Part shown: positions 21,592-32,721 of the stretch, piece after piece
Numbering within the stretch: the first letter of the stretch is position 1
Layout of the letters: each line of letters begins with the position of its first letter
NCBI RefSeq assembly: GCF_032191835.1
Contig: NC_083240.1
Coordinates: 24,800,001 to 24,864,000 of the forward strand
Length of the DNA: 64,000 bases
DNA from: Heteronotia binoei
Taxonomy: Eukaryota
Direction of reading: 5' to 3'
The notes under the pieces: model-generated
What the model saw: only the letters and a program-made list of their open reading frames with translations
Told to the model about the DNA's origin: nothing
Databases searched by the model: none
Made by a program: the position numbers and the translations under genes

Positions 21592-22459
21592 TAACCACTA
21601 CACCATCATGCAGTCTCAATGTCCTGAGCCAAACTGTGTGGGAAGAAGATCCCTTCATCCCACCCATCCCTGTTCCCGGATCTCTCTCTCTCTGCCCACA
21701 TTTCCCTGTTTTGCTCTTGCCTGCGATCTTCAGTCCTCCAACGCTAAGTCTCCTGCTCATGTAAATGACTCTGCTCATTCATTCTCCTTTCCAGCCTCTC
21801 CCAAAACAACTATGAGGTGTTTCCCGTTCCATCTTCCTTCCAATCCCTTTTCAAAACCTACCTGTTCTGTGAAGACTTTGCCTTAACCTCATTCCCCTCA
21901 ACCCCACTTCCTATCTCCCAACTGGCAAAGTCCATCTTCTGAAGGTGCTGTTTTCTCCAGGGGGATTGATCTCTGTCCTTCGGAGATCCCTTGTAACTCC
22001 AGGAGAAATTTGGGCTCCCCTGGGAGGTTGGAAACCCTCTCCCTGAAGCCCTCCCACCCAGTTTTCTCTTTAAACCAGACCCCTGCTTGACATACTTAAG
22101 GCAGATCTGAGTTCAAATTGATCCACACCCACCAGATTGGCTACCATCGCTTGCAGTTTTGTCCTTCAACGAAAGATGAGACGAATTCACAGGACTGGAG
22201 TGGATTGGATTTGAAAAATGTATTCCCTGCATCTTCTCCTCAGAGACCTTCTGAGGCAGCTTACAAACTATGTAATTACTCGAGCAGTGATTAAAAGGAA
22301 ACCCTACAGAAGTTGGTACATTACTTAATTTTTTAAAAACATCTCTGTGGCTGTTGAGCAGGCTGTGAAAGAATCACATTCAGGGGCAAAATACTTCTGA
22401 GTGCCAGTGGCTCAGAGACAAACAACGTGGCCACAGCCTTGCAAAGAGTGTGGTTTTTG

Positions 22460-22581
22460 CAGGGCTTTGTTTTTTGTAGAAAAAGCCCAGAAGGAACTCA
22501 TTTGCATATTAGGCCACACCCCCTGATGCCAAGCCAGCCAGAGCTGCGTTCCTGTGCATTCCTGCTCAAAAAAAAGCCCTG
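22460..22581 (+). mobile_element. Octamer/CACCC-bearing hAT MITE
   Basis: cagggcttt...catttgcatattaggccacaccccc...aaaaaaagccctg. Confidence 0.8.
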
Positions 22582-23019
22582 TTTGGGTGCTCGGGAAGAG
22601 AAGCTGTCTTGCATCATGTGTTTTGCTTTGATCCAGCAGGCTCTTGCAAAAGAGTTGTTGTGAATACTGACCGTAAGGCTTAAAAAGCCTTTAAGAAAGC
22701 GCAACGCGGAAGAAAGGGAAGAGAGGAGACCCCCAAATGCGAACCAGATATGAAGGGCAGAACCGTCCCAGAAGGGGGAACCTCATAACTGGAGAGTTAG
22801 CAGATCCCTGGATTCGGTTGTGGGGTGTAGAAGCCAGGCGGATGCTGCTGTACACACCCAGAAACACAGGCTGGGTGGATTTTGCAACCGGAAAGGAATT
22901 TCGATGCTGCCTACGAACCTGTTTCTGCACCCCAAATAGATTTTGCAAGCCTTGCTTCTAACTCACGGTTGACACATAATCCAGGAGAGGCAGGCTCTAA
23001 TGAAGCCTGATACTGTCCT

Positions 23020-23262
23020 GGTGGCGCTGGCAACCTGCAACTAGAGTTGTCAGCCTCCAGGTGGGGCCTGGAGATCTCCCACTTTTACAACTGATCTCCA
23101 TCTGGCAGAGATCTGCTCCCCTGGAGAAAACGGCTGCTTTGAAGGGCAGACTCTATGGCATTGTACCCTGCTGAGGCTGCTCCTCCCCTCCACAAACCCT
23201 GCCCTCTCCTGGCTTCACCTCCAAAGTCTCCAAGTATTTTCCAACACAGAATTGGCAACCCT
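23020..23262 (+). mobile_element. hAT-like MITE (TAGGGTTGCCA family)
   Basis: ctccaggtggggcctggagatctccc...ttggcaacccta. Confidence 0.75.
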
Positions 23263-23642
23263 ATCTCTGCCCAGTGAACAGTGTGCACAGGTTCTTGATT
23301 GACCAAACTCAGTATTGCCGCCTTGGGCTGGCAGTAACACTCTGGGGTCTCAGATATAGAAAGCTGTTACCCAACTCCTGCAGCCCTTGGGCTGTAGATG
23401 CCCAGAAGCAAATCTGTACCTGCCCACAAAGCCTCCTGTTCCTGGATTGTGCTTCTGTGGGGCCAGGGGCAGTCAGCACACACACACACACACATCAGTC
23501 CTGGTCTTTGACTCCCTGGTGTTTATTGTGGAGTCAATGACCTCACCACCACCACTGCATTCGGCATGCACCCGACTTGAGAAGGAGCCAGGCCTGTAGT
23601 TACAGTGGGGCCCCCATCCTCACCCAGAGCCAGTTTGGTGTT

Positions 23643-23925
23643 GAGAGCCGGTTTGGTATAGTGGTTAAGTGCATGGACTTTTATCTGGGAGAACCGGGTT
23701 TGATTCCCCACTCCTCCACTTGCAGCTGCTGGAATGGCCTTGGGTCAGCCATAGCTCTGGCAGAGGTTGTCCTTAAAAGGGCAGCTGCTGTAAGAGCTCT
23801 CTCAGCCCCACCCACCTCACAGGGTGTCTGTTGTGGGGGAAGAAGATAAAAGGAAATTGTGAGCCCCTCTGAGACTCTGATTCAAAGAGAAGGGCAGGGT
23901 ATAAATCTGCAATTCTTCTTCTTCC
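23643..23925 (+). mobile_element. Squam3-like SINE, full length
   Basis: gagagccggtttggtatagtggttaag...tataaatctgcaattcttcttctt. Confidence 0.85.
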
Positions 23926-24407
23926 TTGAAACCACCTGGCCCCATCACTGACAGCCCCTGCCTCTACTTTCTCGTGCTTGCCACCGCCACTTTCTTGGGT
24001 GGGCTGCTTTGGCCCCCAAGTCCAGTTCTTTGCCTAATGGGTGCCCTTTTCTGCTCCAGCCGGCGGGCAGCAGCGAGGGCCATGGAGGTGAGGGCTATGG
24101 AGGCCCGAGGTTGAATCCCTCGGCTTTCAAAGCATGGCAACAAATCCTGGAGCTGCTCTGGTCTGATGTAAAAGTGGGGGTCTTCTAGGAACTGATTTCA
24201 GTAGAACTGCTAGGGAGCAGCTGGGGAATCCTAGCCTCCCTGCCTGCCTGTCTTCCAATGCTGGCAGCCCGGCCCCCTGGCCCCTCTAAACAAAAAAATC
24301 CTGCCTTTGGTCCCACCAAATTTGAAATTCTGACTACAGCCCTGGAAGGAGCAAGAGATTGTTCTATATCTACAAGGACCCAAGTAGTTCCTTCCATCCC
24401 TCTGGGG

Positions 24408-24590
24408 TTTTTTCCATCTTTCCGAGGTCGGTAAAATGAGTACCCAGCTTGCTGGGGGGGAAGTGCAGATGACTGGGGAAGGCAATGGCAAACCACCCTG
24501 TAAGAAGTCTGTCGTGAAAACGTTGTGAAGGCAACGTCACCCCAGAGTTGAAAACGACTGGTGCTTGCACAGGGGACTACCTTTTACCTT
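24408..24590 (+). mobile_element. Sauria SINE 3' half
   Basis: ttccgaggtcggtaaaatgagtacccagcttgctggggg...gcacaggggactacc. Confidence 0.8.
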
Positions 24591-24594
24591 ATTT

Positions 24595-24766
24595 TTTGCC
24601 ATTGCCTTCCCCAGCTGGATACTCATTTTACTGACCTCGAAAGGATGGAAGGCTGAGTCAACCTCAAGCCGGCTACCTGAAAACCCAGCTTCCACCGGGG
24701 ATCGAATTCAGGTCGTGAGCAGAGCTTAGGACTGCAGTACTGCAGCTTTAACACTCTGCGCCATGG
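24595..24766 (-). mobile_element. Sauria SINE 5' part, inverted and abutting the previous copy
   Basis: Reverse complement has the head (gcgcagagtgttaaagctgcagtactgcag) and the core. Confidence 0.8.
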
Positions 24767-26520
24767 AGAGGGGAAGGGGAAAGCAGAGGGGAAGCCAAAA
24801 TGCTCTGCCTCGGAACCCAACCCTAGAATACGTTCTGTGCAGAGCTGGGGAGAGGTGCTACCGAACATAAGCTGAAAAGGTATCGCCAGCATTGCCAGCA
24901 TGCAAAATCAGGCATTTCCTGGGGCCCAGAGGCTGCTGAAGACAGAGATGGACTGGCTGTTGAACTTAAAGGGAAATCTCCTGGTGGGCCACTGCATGGG
25001 AGGATGGCCAGCGGCCAGAAGCCAGCAAAATCAAGCTCTCACAATTCTGCCAGAGCCTCAGAGACCGCTTGACTCCAGCCCTGCGTTGGCAAGGTTAACC
25101 TGAATCAGCTCACCAGTGGTCTTTTCCCACACTGCAATTCATTGTCAGGAGAAAGCAATGAATGGGGGAGCCAGTTCCCACAGTTTGCACTGCTCAGCTG
25201 AGTAGCTCCTGCAGCGCTGGCTTGTAGCCCCCCAGGGGGCCGCTCCGCTAGGCTCACTCCAGGGCCACTTTCCTGTCCCAGTCTCCTTCCAGGTCTGCCT
25301 TCAGCAGAAGCAGAGCAGACTGTCTCAGGCAAAGCAAGGTGTTTTGCAGCCCCTCCTGCTGCTACTGGAGGTCTACCCCTGAGCTATAGCCTCTCCCAAC
25401 CCAGGGGAAGTCTTAGTGCTGTTGGGGCTCGGGCAGAAGTCCAAGATAAGGCCATAGTATTGTTATCCCCTGCTGCCTTCACCCTGCAGCCAAGCAAGAG
25501 GCAGCTGGAAGCTGGTTGCCTGAGTCTCGGACAGAGAAGGCACAAGCAGCCCCTGCCTAGTTGGGTGGAGCACGCACAAGCGGTTGTTGCTGCGAGCAGC
25601 TGACTCGAACCCAGAACAGGTTGGGTGGAAGTGGGGGCGGAAGGAACCTGCTGGTTTTCTTCCTTTCCGCTGTTGGGTGGGGCAGGGCCATGATCATTTG
25701 CGGCTCTCCCCATCATGCATCCCGGACATCAAGGGCAGAGCAGGATGAGGAGTTTCTTGGGGGTGGCATAATCCTTGAAGCCACCCTAAGGTTATGAATG
25801 GGTGTCAATTCATTGGCGTTTCACCTGTTGCAAGCACTTCCCTGGGAGATGCTGTAAGAGCCACAAGTGTGTGTTAAGGTTGTTCACAACTATGAAGGTT
25901 GTTCACGAGATTTCTAACTCACCTCTCCAACACCGGCTTTTCAAGACAGCTTATGATCCAGCATAATAGCATGAACACGTGAAGCTGCCTTAGGCAGAAC
26001 CAGACCCTTGGTCCCTCAAAGTCAGGGGTCTCTGGCACATCTCCTGCTACTTGCTCCCTTCAAACTGGAGATGCTGGGACTTGGACCTGGGACCCTTTGC
26101 ACACCAAGCAGCAGATGCTCTATCAATGAGCCACAGCCCCCTCAGTCAAAAGAAACCCATGCATGGTGTGGGCCGAAGGTCCACCATGCCTTGTTGATAT
26201 GTTGTTGTTTTTTAAATTATTATTTTCTTGATGAGATTTAGATCCTGCCCATCCCAAGGCAGGCTTTGGTGGGTGAAAAAGAGGTCTCAATCTCCTGAGA
26301 AAGCCCTCCTCCCCCACCCATGGATCCATGATGGAAGCCGGGGGATGGGGGGGGGGACATTGTAGACTAATGGGATAAAATAAAAACAGGAAAAGGAAAT
26401 CCAAAATGGGACCACAGTCTTTAAAGAGCACCACAATTTAATGCATGAAGACTGGCAGCAGCCATGACTGTCATGTCACTAACCAAATAACAGAACTGTT
26501 TAGAGACATTTTCTCATATG

Positions 26521-26732
26521 GGGAGGGATGGTGGCTAAGTGGTAGAGAGTCTGCTTGGTAAGCAGAAGGTCCCAGGTTCAATCCCCGCAATCTCAAACTA
26601 AAAAGGGTCCTGGCAAAGAGGTGTAAAAAACCTCAGCTTGAGACCCTGGAGAGCTGCTGCCAGTCTGAGTAGACAATACTGACTTTGATGGACTGAGGGT
26701 CTGATTCAATATTAGGCAGCTTCATATGATCA
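26521..26732 (+). mobile_element. tRNA-derived SINE (Squam2-like)
   Basis: A box TGGCTAAGTGG, B box GGTTCAATCC, tail gcagcttcatatg; related copies on the minus strand at ~760-843, ~26043-26140 and ~48290-48440. Confidence 0.7.
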
Positions 26733-27002
26733 TAATCCTTACAACAACCCTGCAGGTTGGTAGAAACAAATTACCCCCCTATGACAGACATAGAAGCTGA
26801 GACAGAGCCTACTTAATGTGCTCTTTTCAGAGAGGAGAGTCAAACGGCAGAGTTTCTGCCTCTGCACTATGCCACTTCTCTAAAGGAAAGTGTTTTCCGC
26901 TTTGGAGATCAAAGAACAGCCTCCTCTTTGGCTTAAACGCGCAGAGCGGAGGGAGGGAGGGAAACCAGCGAGAGGCTCTTGATTCCTCATAAATACTCAA
27001 CA

Positions 27003-27022
27003 TTTATTTAACACAATTTATT
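27003..27022 (-). terminator. CLDN4: Probable CLDN4 polyadenylation signals
   Basis: TTTATT at 27003-27008 and 27017-27022 (AATAAA on minus), next to U-rich sequence; implies a ~1.95-kb 3' UTR. An ATTAAA alternative lies at 27685-27690. Confidence 0.5.
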
Positions 27023-27820
27023 CAAGACCATTTACAGGCTGCTTTCCCCAGAAACTTTAACATAGTTCACAAAAAGATAAAATAACATTTAAATACATGA
27101 AATAAAATAAAATATGGGGTTGGGGAGGGAATAGACAGACAGAGCAGCAAAAGATTTAGCTTCACTCTTGTCTGTTGTTCTGACCATCCCTGACACGGGC
27201 AGACCAGAATAACCAACCTTGCAAGAAAGAAGGGGAGAATTCTCACACCACTACCCTGGCCATGCAAACAGGGCCAGCACCAAAGGCAAATCCTGACAGA
27301 TCCCTAGGTGATTCAGTGCTGTGAGAAAGGCACTTTGCACATGCACAGAAGGACACTCCTTGCTGTTTCATAAGCTGCAAGACCAGACCTTGATGTTCAA
27401 AACAGGTTGAGCCTTCAAAAACCCTCCTGATGGATAGTCACTTCCAAATGTACAGAGCTGGGGCCAAGGGGAAGAGGGGATGGAGATGATGATTTCTAAA
27501 ACAGAAGGTTGTGACGTTCAGGAATTCCTCAAAGCCACTTGTTTTGGTCTGGAGTTTTTCTTTCCTCATCCCAGAATGGAGGGTTAAGTTACATTTACTC
27601 ACTGGGATAAGCAAGGCACTCTGCACGTGCTCAGAGCACCATCACGTGCAGAGAGTCTGCAGTGTTTTTTTTTAAAAAGGTTCTTTTAATGCATCACAAG
27701 GAGAGTCTTGGCACTGGAAGCAGGTTCCAGATCGAAGCCTGTTTCCAAATTATCTAAGCCCATTCTGCTTAGGTTCTGAGACTTGTCCTTCTGTCCTGCA
27801 CTTCCCAATTTAAATTTTGT

Positions 27821-28094
27821 AAGACTGCAGATTTATACCCTGCCCTTCTCCCTGAATCAGAGACTCAGAGCAGCTTACCATCTCCTATATCTTCTCTCCC
27901 CACAACAGACACCCTGTGAGGTGGGTGGGGCTGGAGAAGGCTCTCACAGCAGCTGCCCTTTCAAGGACAACCTCTGCCAGAGCTATGGCTGACCCAAGGC
28001 CATTCCAGCAGCTGCAAGTGGAGGAGTGGGGAATCAAACCCGGTTCTCCCAGATAAGAGTCCACACACTTAACCACTACACCAAACTGGCTCTC
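27821..28094 (-). mobile_element. Squam3-like SINE within the probable CLDN4 3' UTR
   Basis: Full-length reverse-complement copy ending aaccactacaccaaactggctctc. Confidence 0.85.
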
Positions 28095-28969
28095 TACACC
28101 AAACTTAGCTCATCCTGATTTGTATTCTGCTTCTGCTGGACAATTTACACTTGAGGAAGCCCATATGTAATCTGAAAGATTGCAAAGATGAGTCGGCCCA
28201 CCCAAAGAAAGGCTGCGGCTCTTGCCTCTCGCTGTTTCCGAAGGGACTCTCCCTTCTGAAGGCTCACGTGAGGTTTGCATTTCTCTGTGTTCAATTAAAT
28301 ACTTAACAAAACCTGCAAACAATGCGCGACCCCCTAGCCAGACCTCCCCACATGACCTGGAAAGTCCTTCATGGTCATCTGCCAGCAGCTTTTGACCCAG
28401 GGTCCAAGACACCAAGATCAGACCAATATTCTCACTTCTGTCTTCAAATTCTCAGTCCCCACTCCAAGCCACCCTGCTACCCCAGCGTGGCTTCAAGTTC
28501 TAGGCAACCAGAAATGGCCCTGGAAACTAAGACACACAAACCCCAAATTCTATGCTGTTGCTCTCCGTTCCATTCCGGTGGCGAGCCGATGCAAAGGCCA
28601 GGAGGAAAGCCCTTTCCTAGTCCACCTTTGCCAGGTGGAATCCATTGGATGATCTTGAAGATAAGCTGTTGCCCATCGTCCAAAGGAGATGCCTCACAAG
28701 CCGGTTCGCCACATGTTTCCAGTGGGTGAAAGCAAGGGCTGGCACCCCCGCTGACCAATCACATCCTCTCTTCGCTTGAGATGTTTCCTCCGAACACTGG
28801 AGAATGATGCCCACTATTAGAATCAGGACAAGCAGCCACAACATGAAGTTTTTAAATTACAGAAGGAGGGTTTGTCCAACAGAGAAAAAAATGCAGTCTT
28901 ACATCTCCCCCTTTGGTGTGGGGGAAGTCCCAGGCCAAAACCCCACACGGCAGGGAGACGGGCTGATTT

Positions 28970-29599
28970 TTAGACATAGTTGCTGGTCGGCATGGATCGG
29001 GCTGCCGTGTACTTTGCGGAATAGGGCTTCTCATTTTTCGGGGGGCAGTTGCAACACAGCAAGGACCCACCGAGGAGCAGCAGGCCAGAAGAGGCCCAGC
29101 CGATGTACAGGGAGGCGCCCAGTTCCCGCTTCTGGCTTTCAGTGACCAGAGGGTTGTAGAAGTCCCGGATGATGGTGTTGGCGGTCCAGCAGAGGGGGAT
29201 GAGGAGCATGATGCCGGACAAGATGAAAATGATGCCGGAGAAGATGACAACCCTGGCCTTGGTCGATTCGTCCTCCACGCAGTTGGTGCACTTCCCGCCA
29301 AGGATGGCGAAAAAGATGCCCACCACCGCCAGGACGATGGCGATGATCACCAGCGCCCGGGCAGCCTGCATGTCCTGAGCCAGGGCCAGCATGGACTCAT
29401 AGATCTTGCACTGCATCTGCCCGGTGCTTTGGACCACGCAGGTCATCCACAGGCCATCCCAGATGATCTGGGCCACCACGATGTTGTTGCCGATGAAAGC
29501 TGTCACGCGCCACATCGGCAGGCCGCAACAGAGGATGGTGCCCAGCCAGCCAATGACCGAGAAGGTGATGCCCAACACTTGAATCCCCATGGTAGCCAT
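28970..29599 (-). CDS. CLDN4: Claudin-4, single-exon CDS, 209 aa
   Basis: Same length as human CLDN4; C-terminus [28 protein letters not shown] matches CLDN4 (CCNCPPRTDKPYSAKYSAARS...SNYV); tail-to-tail with METTL27 as in mammals; Kozak GCACCATGG. Confidence 0.93.
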   Translation of the reverse strand: MATMGIQVLGITFSVIGWLGTILCCGLPMWRVTAFIGNNIVVAQIIWDGLWMTCVVQSTGQMQCKIYESMLALAQDMQAARALVIIAIVLAVVGIFFAILGGKCTNCVEDESTKARVVIFSGIIFILSGIMLLIPLCWTANTIIRDFYNPLVTESQKRELGASLYIGWASSGLLLLGGSLLCCNCPPKNEKPYSAKYTAARSMPTSNYV

Positions 29600-29680
29600 G
29601 GTGCCTGGCTCCCTGCAGCTGCCACCGAATCGGAAAGGGAAAGCGGCAGAAACTGGAGATGCGGCTCTGCTAGTGAGCTG

Positions 29681-29881
29681 CAGGTGATAAGTTTGGGGAA
29701 ATTATATGTCTGGGCAGTGGGTGGAGTCTCCCGAGCCCCATCCAGTCTTGAACAGACGCCGAGGCTCAAACCAGTTTGCCGAGATTCCTCCTCTCCATCG
29801 CAGGCCGGGATCTTGGCTTTTCAAGGATAGAGCTGTCTCCTTGACTGGGAGGACTGGTTTTTCCATTTTTCCCAACCGGGT
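29681..29881 (-). promoter_or_regulatory. CLDN4: CLDN4 proximal promoter
   Basis: TATAAT on minus at 29701-29706; E-box CAGGTG at 29681-29686; GRHL-like AAACCAGTTT at 29768-29777, GACTGGTT at 29852-29859, AACCGGGT at 29874-29881. Confidence 0.6.
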
Positions 29882-30397
29882 AAAATTAAACCTCAGCCAG
29901 GACCAAAAAACAAAGTGGGATGAGTCGGGGTAAGACAAGCAAAGGGTGTGTGAAATGCTGTTCGTTCTGCTGTTTGGCAAAACTGATCAGAACACGGGAG
30001 TGGGTGAATCTGCTTCCTGGGTCAGGCCAAAGTTCCTTCTAGTCCAGCATACTGTTTCCAAGCGTGGAAAGCCACATTTTTCTGGGGAGCTCATGAGCAG
30101 GATAGGAGAGCAGCCACTCTTGTCCCCAAGAACTGATATTCAAAGGTATTGTGTGCTTGAACATGAAGGTTCCATTCTGACCTATCATGAGCAATGCAAA
30201 AATCTTTGCTACCTTGTTGGATGAGAGCCAAGGGATCCATCCGGTCCAGCATCCTGTTCCCCAAAATGGCCATTTTTGACATGAGTGGTGTTTCCCTGTC
30301 ACCCCTGCTATTTGGTGGTGTATAGCTCCTATACATGGAGGCTCCACTCAGCTCCTATACATAGAGACTTAGCTAACAGATGTTGATCAGCAAATCG

Positions 30398-30615
30398 AGG
30401 TTTGCCACCTTCCAGGTGGCACTTGGCAATCTCCTAGTATTACGATTGAACTCCAGGCAACTACAATCGGTTCTCCTGGAGAAAATGGCTGCTTTGAAGG
30501 ATGGATTCTACGGCATTATATCCTGCTGAGGTCCCTTCCCTCCCCAAAACCCTCCCTCCCCAGGCTCCACCCCCAAAATGTCCAGGTATTTCCCAACTCA
30601 GAGCTGACAGCCCAA
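30398..30615 (+). mobile_element. hAT-like MITE (TAGGGTTGCCA family)
   Basis: ggtttgccaccttccaggtggc...ccaggtatttcccaactcagagctgacagccc. Confidence 0.65.
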
Positions 30616-30661
30616 GGCAGATTCTCCAAGCCAGTGGCACTACTGGCAAGAACAGTATACC

Positions 30662-30851
30662 CAGGGCTTTGTTGTAGAAAAAGCCCAACAGGAATTCATT
30701 TACATATTAGATCACACACCCCTGACATCACCATTGTCTCATACGGGACTTTTTTTGTAGAAAAAGCCCAGCTGGGATTCATTTGCATATTAGGCCACAC
30801 CCACTGACACCAAGCCAGCCAGAACTGTGTTCCTGCTGAAAAAAAGCCCTG
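30662..30851 (+). mobile_element. Octamer/CACCC-bearing hAT MITE
   Basis: CAGGGCTTT / AAAGCCCTG TIRs; 7/8 TSD agtatacc/agtataac; ATTTGCAT at 30781-30788. Confidence 0.8.
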
Positions 30852-31505
30852 AGTATAACCTTTTAGAAATGAGTTCCACATCTGCCCTGAGCCCGCTTAT
30901 GGGGAGAGCGGTATATAAATGTAATAAAATTAAAAAATTAAATAAACATTTTCTGTAGAAAAAGTATGCCCTTCTTTCCTTACCCTGCAGTCCTGTTGTG
31001 TCTCAGATGTTTTCTTTCCCATACCCTCACGTGTGATCTAGCATAGATGGTGCATCTCCACACAGCCTATAGACTCCATCTCCGCGCAGCCTATAGACTG
31101 CATCCATAAGTGGATCACCTCATCCTCTGGAGATGGGATGACCAGCCACACCCGTTCCTCGCCATCGAGAGCACCAAACTAGTCAGAGCAGTGATAGTTG
31201 CCTCACAAGAAGAAATCCCTGTGCCACAGACTGCCAAGAAAGCAATGGTGTGAGGGGAGAGGCCCAGATGTTTCCTGGTCCACACAGCATCCCTCTTTCT
31301 TCCCCTCTATTGTGGTCGATTCCCTCTTAAAAGTTTCCAGAGCTAAAAGCTCAGAGTTTCTGAGCAGTGTTTAGGCAGGCCTTGTCCCTCCTGAAGGGAA
31401 GTACATGGCATGCTCATTGGCCAGTTTCAAAATGGAAGACAGAGAGATTGTCTCAGTGTGCTGTAAGACTCTCCATAGTGGCAATCAAGCAAGACTAGAA
31501 ATCAC

Positions 31506-31623
31506 CAGGGCTTTTTTCAAGCAGCAACACACAGGAATGCAGTTCCAGGTGGCTTGGCATCAGGGGGTGTGGCCTATTATGCAAATAAGTTCCTGCTGGG
31601 CTTTTTCTACAGAAACCCCCCTA
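31506..31623 (-). mobile_element. Octamer/CACCC-bearing hAT MITE with perfect TSD
   Basis: TSD GAAATCAC at 31498-31505 and 31624-31631; ATGCAAAT at 31579-31586. Confidence 0.8.
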
Positions 31624-32502
31624 GAAATCACACTGCTTGCACTCACTCAGTGGAGATGGAAACCCTCTCTGTGCATGTTCAGAGGCACTTCCTGATTACT
31701 TTACACATTTACAGAACTTAGCCTCACCCACCATTTGGGCCAGCATGGCTACGCAAGAGGCCAGAACCATCATTCAAGGCAACAGCATGTTTTTGGCTGT
31801 TGAGAATCTCACCCCCAGAGCTTTCCAGTGCTGGTAACAACACTCACCCTGGCTCCGCTTCTCTCCTTTCCTTCTGTTGTCTCTCTCCACTAACAAAACG
31901 TTGTTGTGTATCATTTGCACGGATGCTTATTAGAGCAACCAAATGGGTTGCAACAGGATTGGAGTGAACTTTCAGTGGTAAAACCTGGGACAGTTAACTG
32001 CATCATGTGTGAAACCGCTGTGTTTATTGCTGGGAAACTCCTATTCATGTAAAGTGTGAATGTGCGTGCGTGCCATCTGTGACAACTCTCACCACACACC
32101 TTACCATCTGAACTTGATGGCTGGCCTGAGTGCGGATTGTATGCAGCCCAGCCAGTCCATTCTTTGGACTGCATTTGTCCTGAGGTCTCCCTTTCCCCCC
32201 TATATTTGTCTCCACTTCAATAAACAATCAAGCCAGTCTGTTGAAAGCCATTCTGCCCTTTCACCCCACAGCCTGGAGGCCTCCCCAGACCCTCTCACAC
32301 ACCTGGAGAGCTCCTGCACAGTAGAGTCCTAAACAGAGTTATACCGTTCTAACCCCATTGTCTTCAGTCAATTTTAAAAGGTGTAACCGTCTATTCAGGA
32401 TTGCACTGTGAGCCTGAGATGCAAGAAACCGGCTCTGCCTCAGGGCTGCAGAAGCCAAGTTCTGACTGTTGACAGGTCATTAATCTAGCACCAGGGTGAA
32501 GG

Positions 32503-32721
32503 TAGGGTTGCCAGCCTCCAGGTGGGGCCTGGAGATCTCCCACTTATACAACTGATTCCCAGCTGGCAGAGATCAGCTCCCCTGGAGCAAGTGGCTGCTT
32601 GGAAGGGCGGACTCTGTGGCATTGGACCCTGCTGAGGCCCCTCCCCTCCCCAAACCCCGCCCTCTCCTGGATCCACCCCCAAAGTCTCCAGGTATTTTCC
32701 AACACAGACCTGGCAACCCTA
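32503..32721 (+). mobile_element. hAT-like MITE (TAGGGTTGCCA family)
   Basis: Intact TIRs TAGGGTTGCCA / TGGCAACCCTA. Confidence 0.85.

Noticed and set aside
26521-26600. tRNA-like sequence with A and B boxes (also the many GAGAGCCAGTTTGGTGTAGTGG heads)
   Set aside because: Each continues into a SINE body and lacks a closable acceptor stem; these are not tRNA genes.
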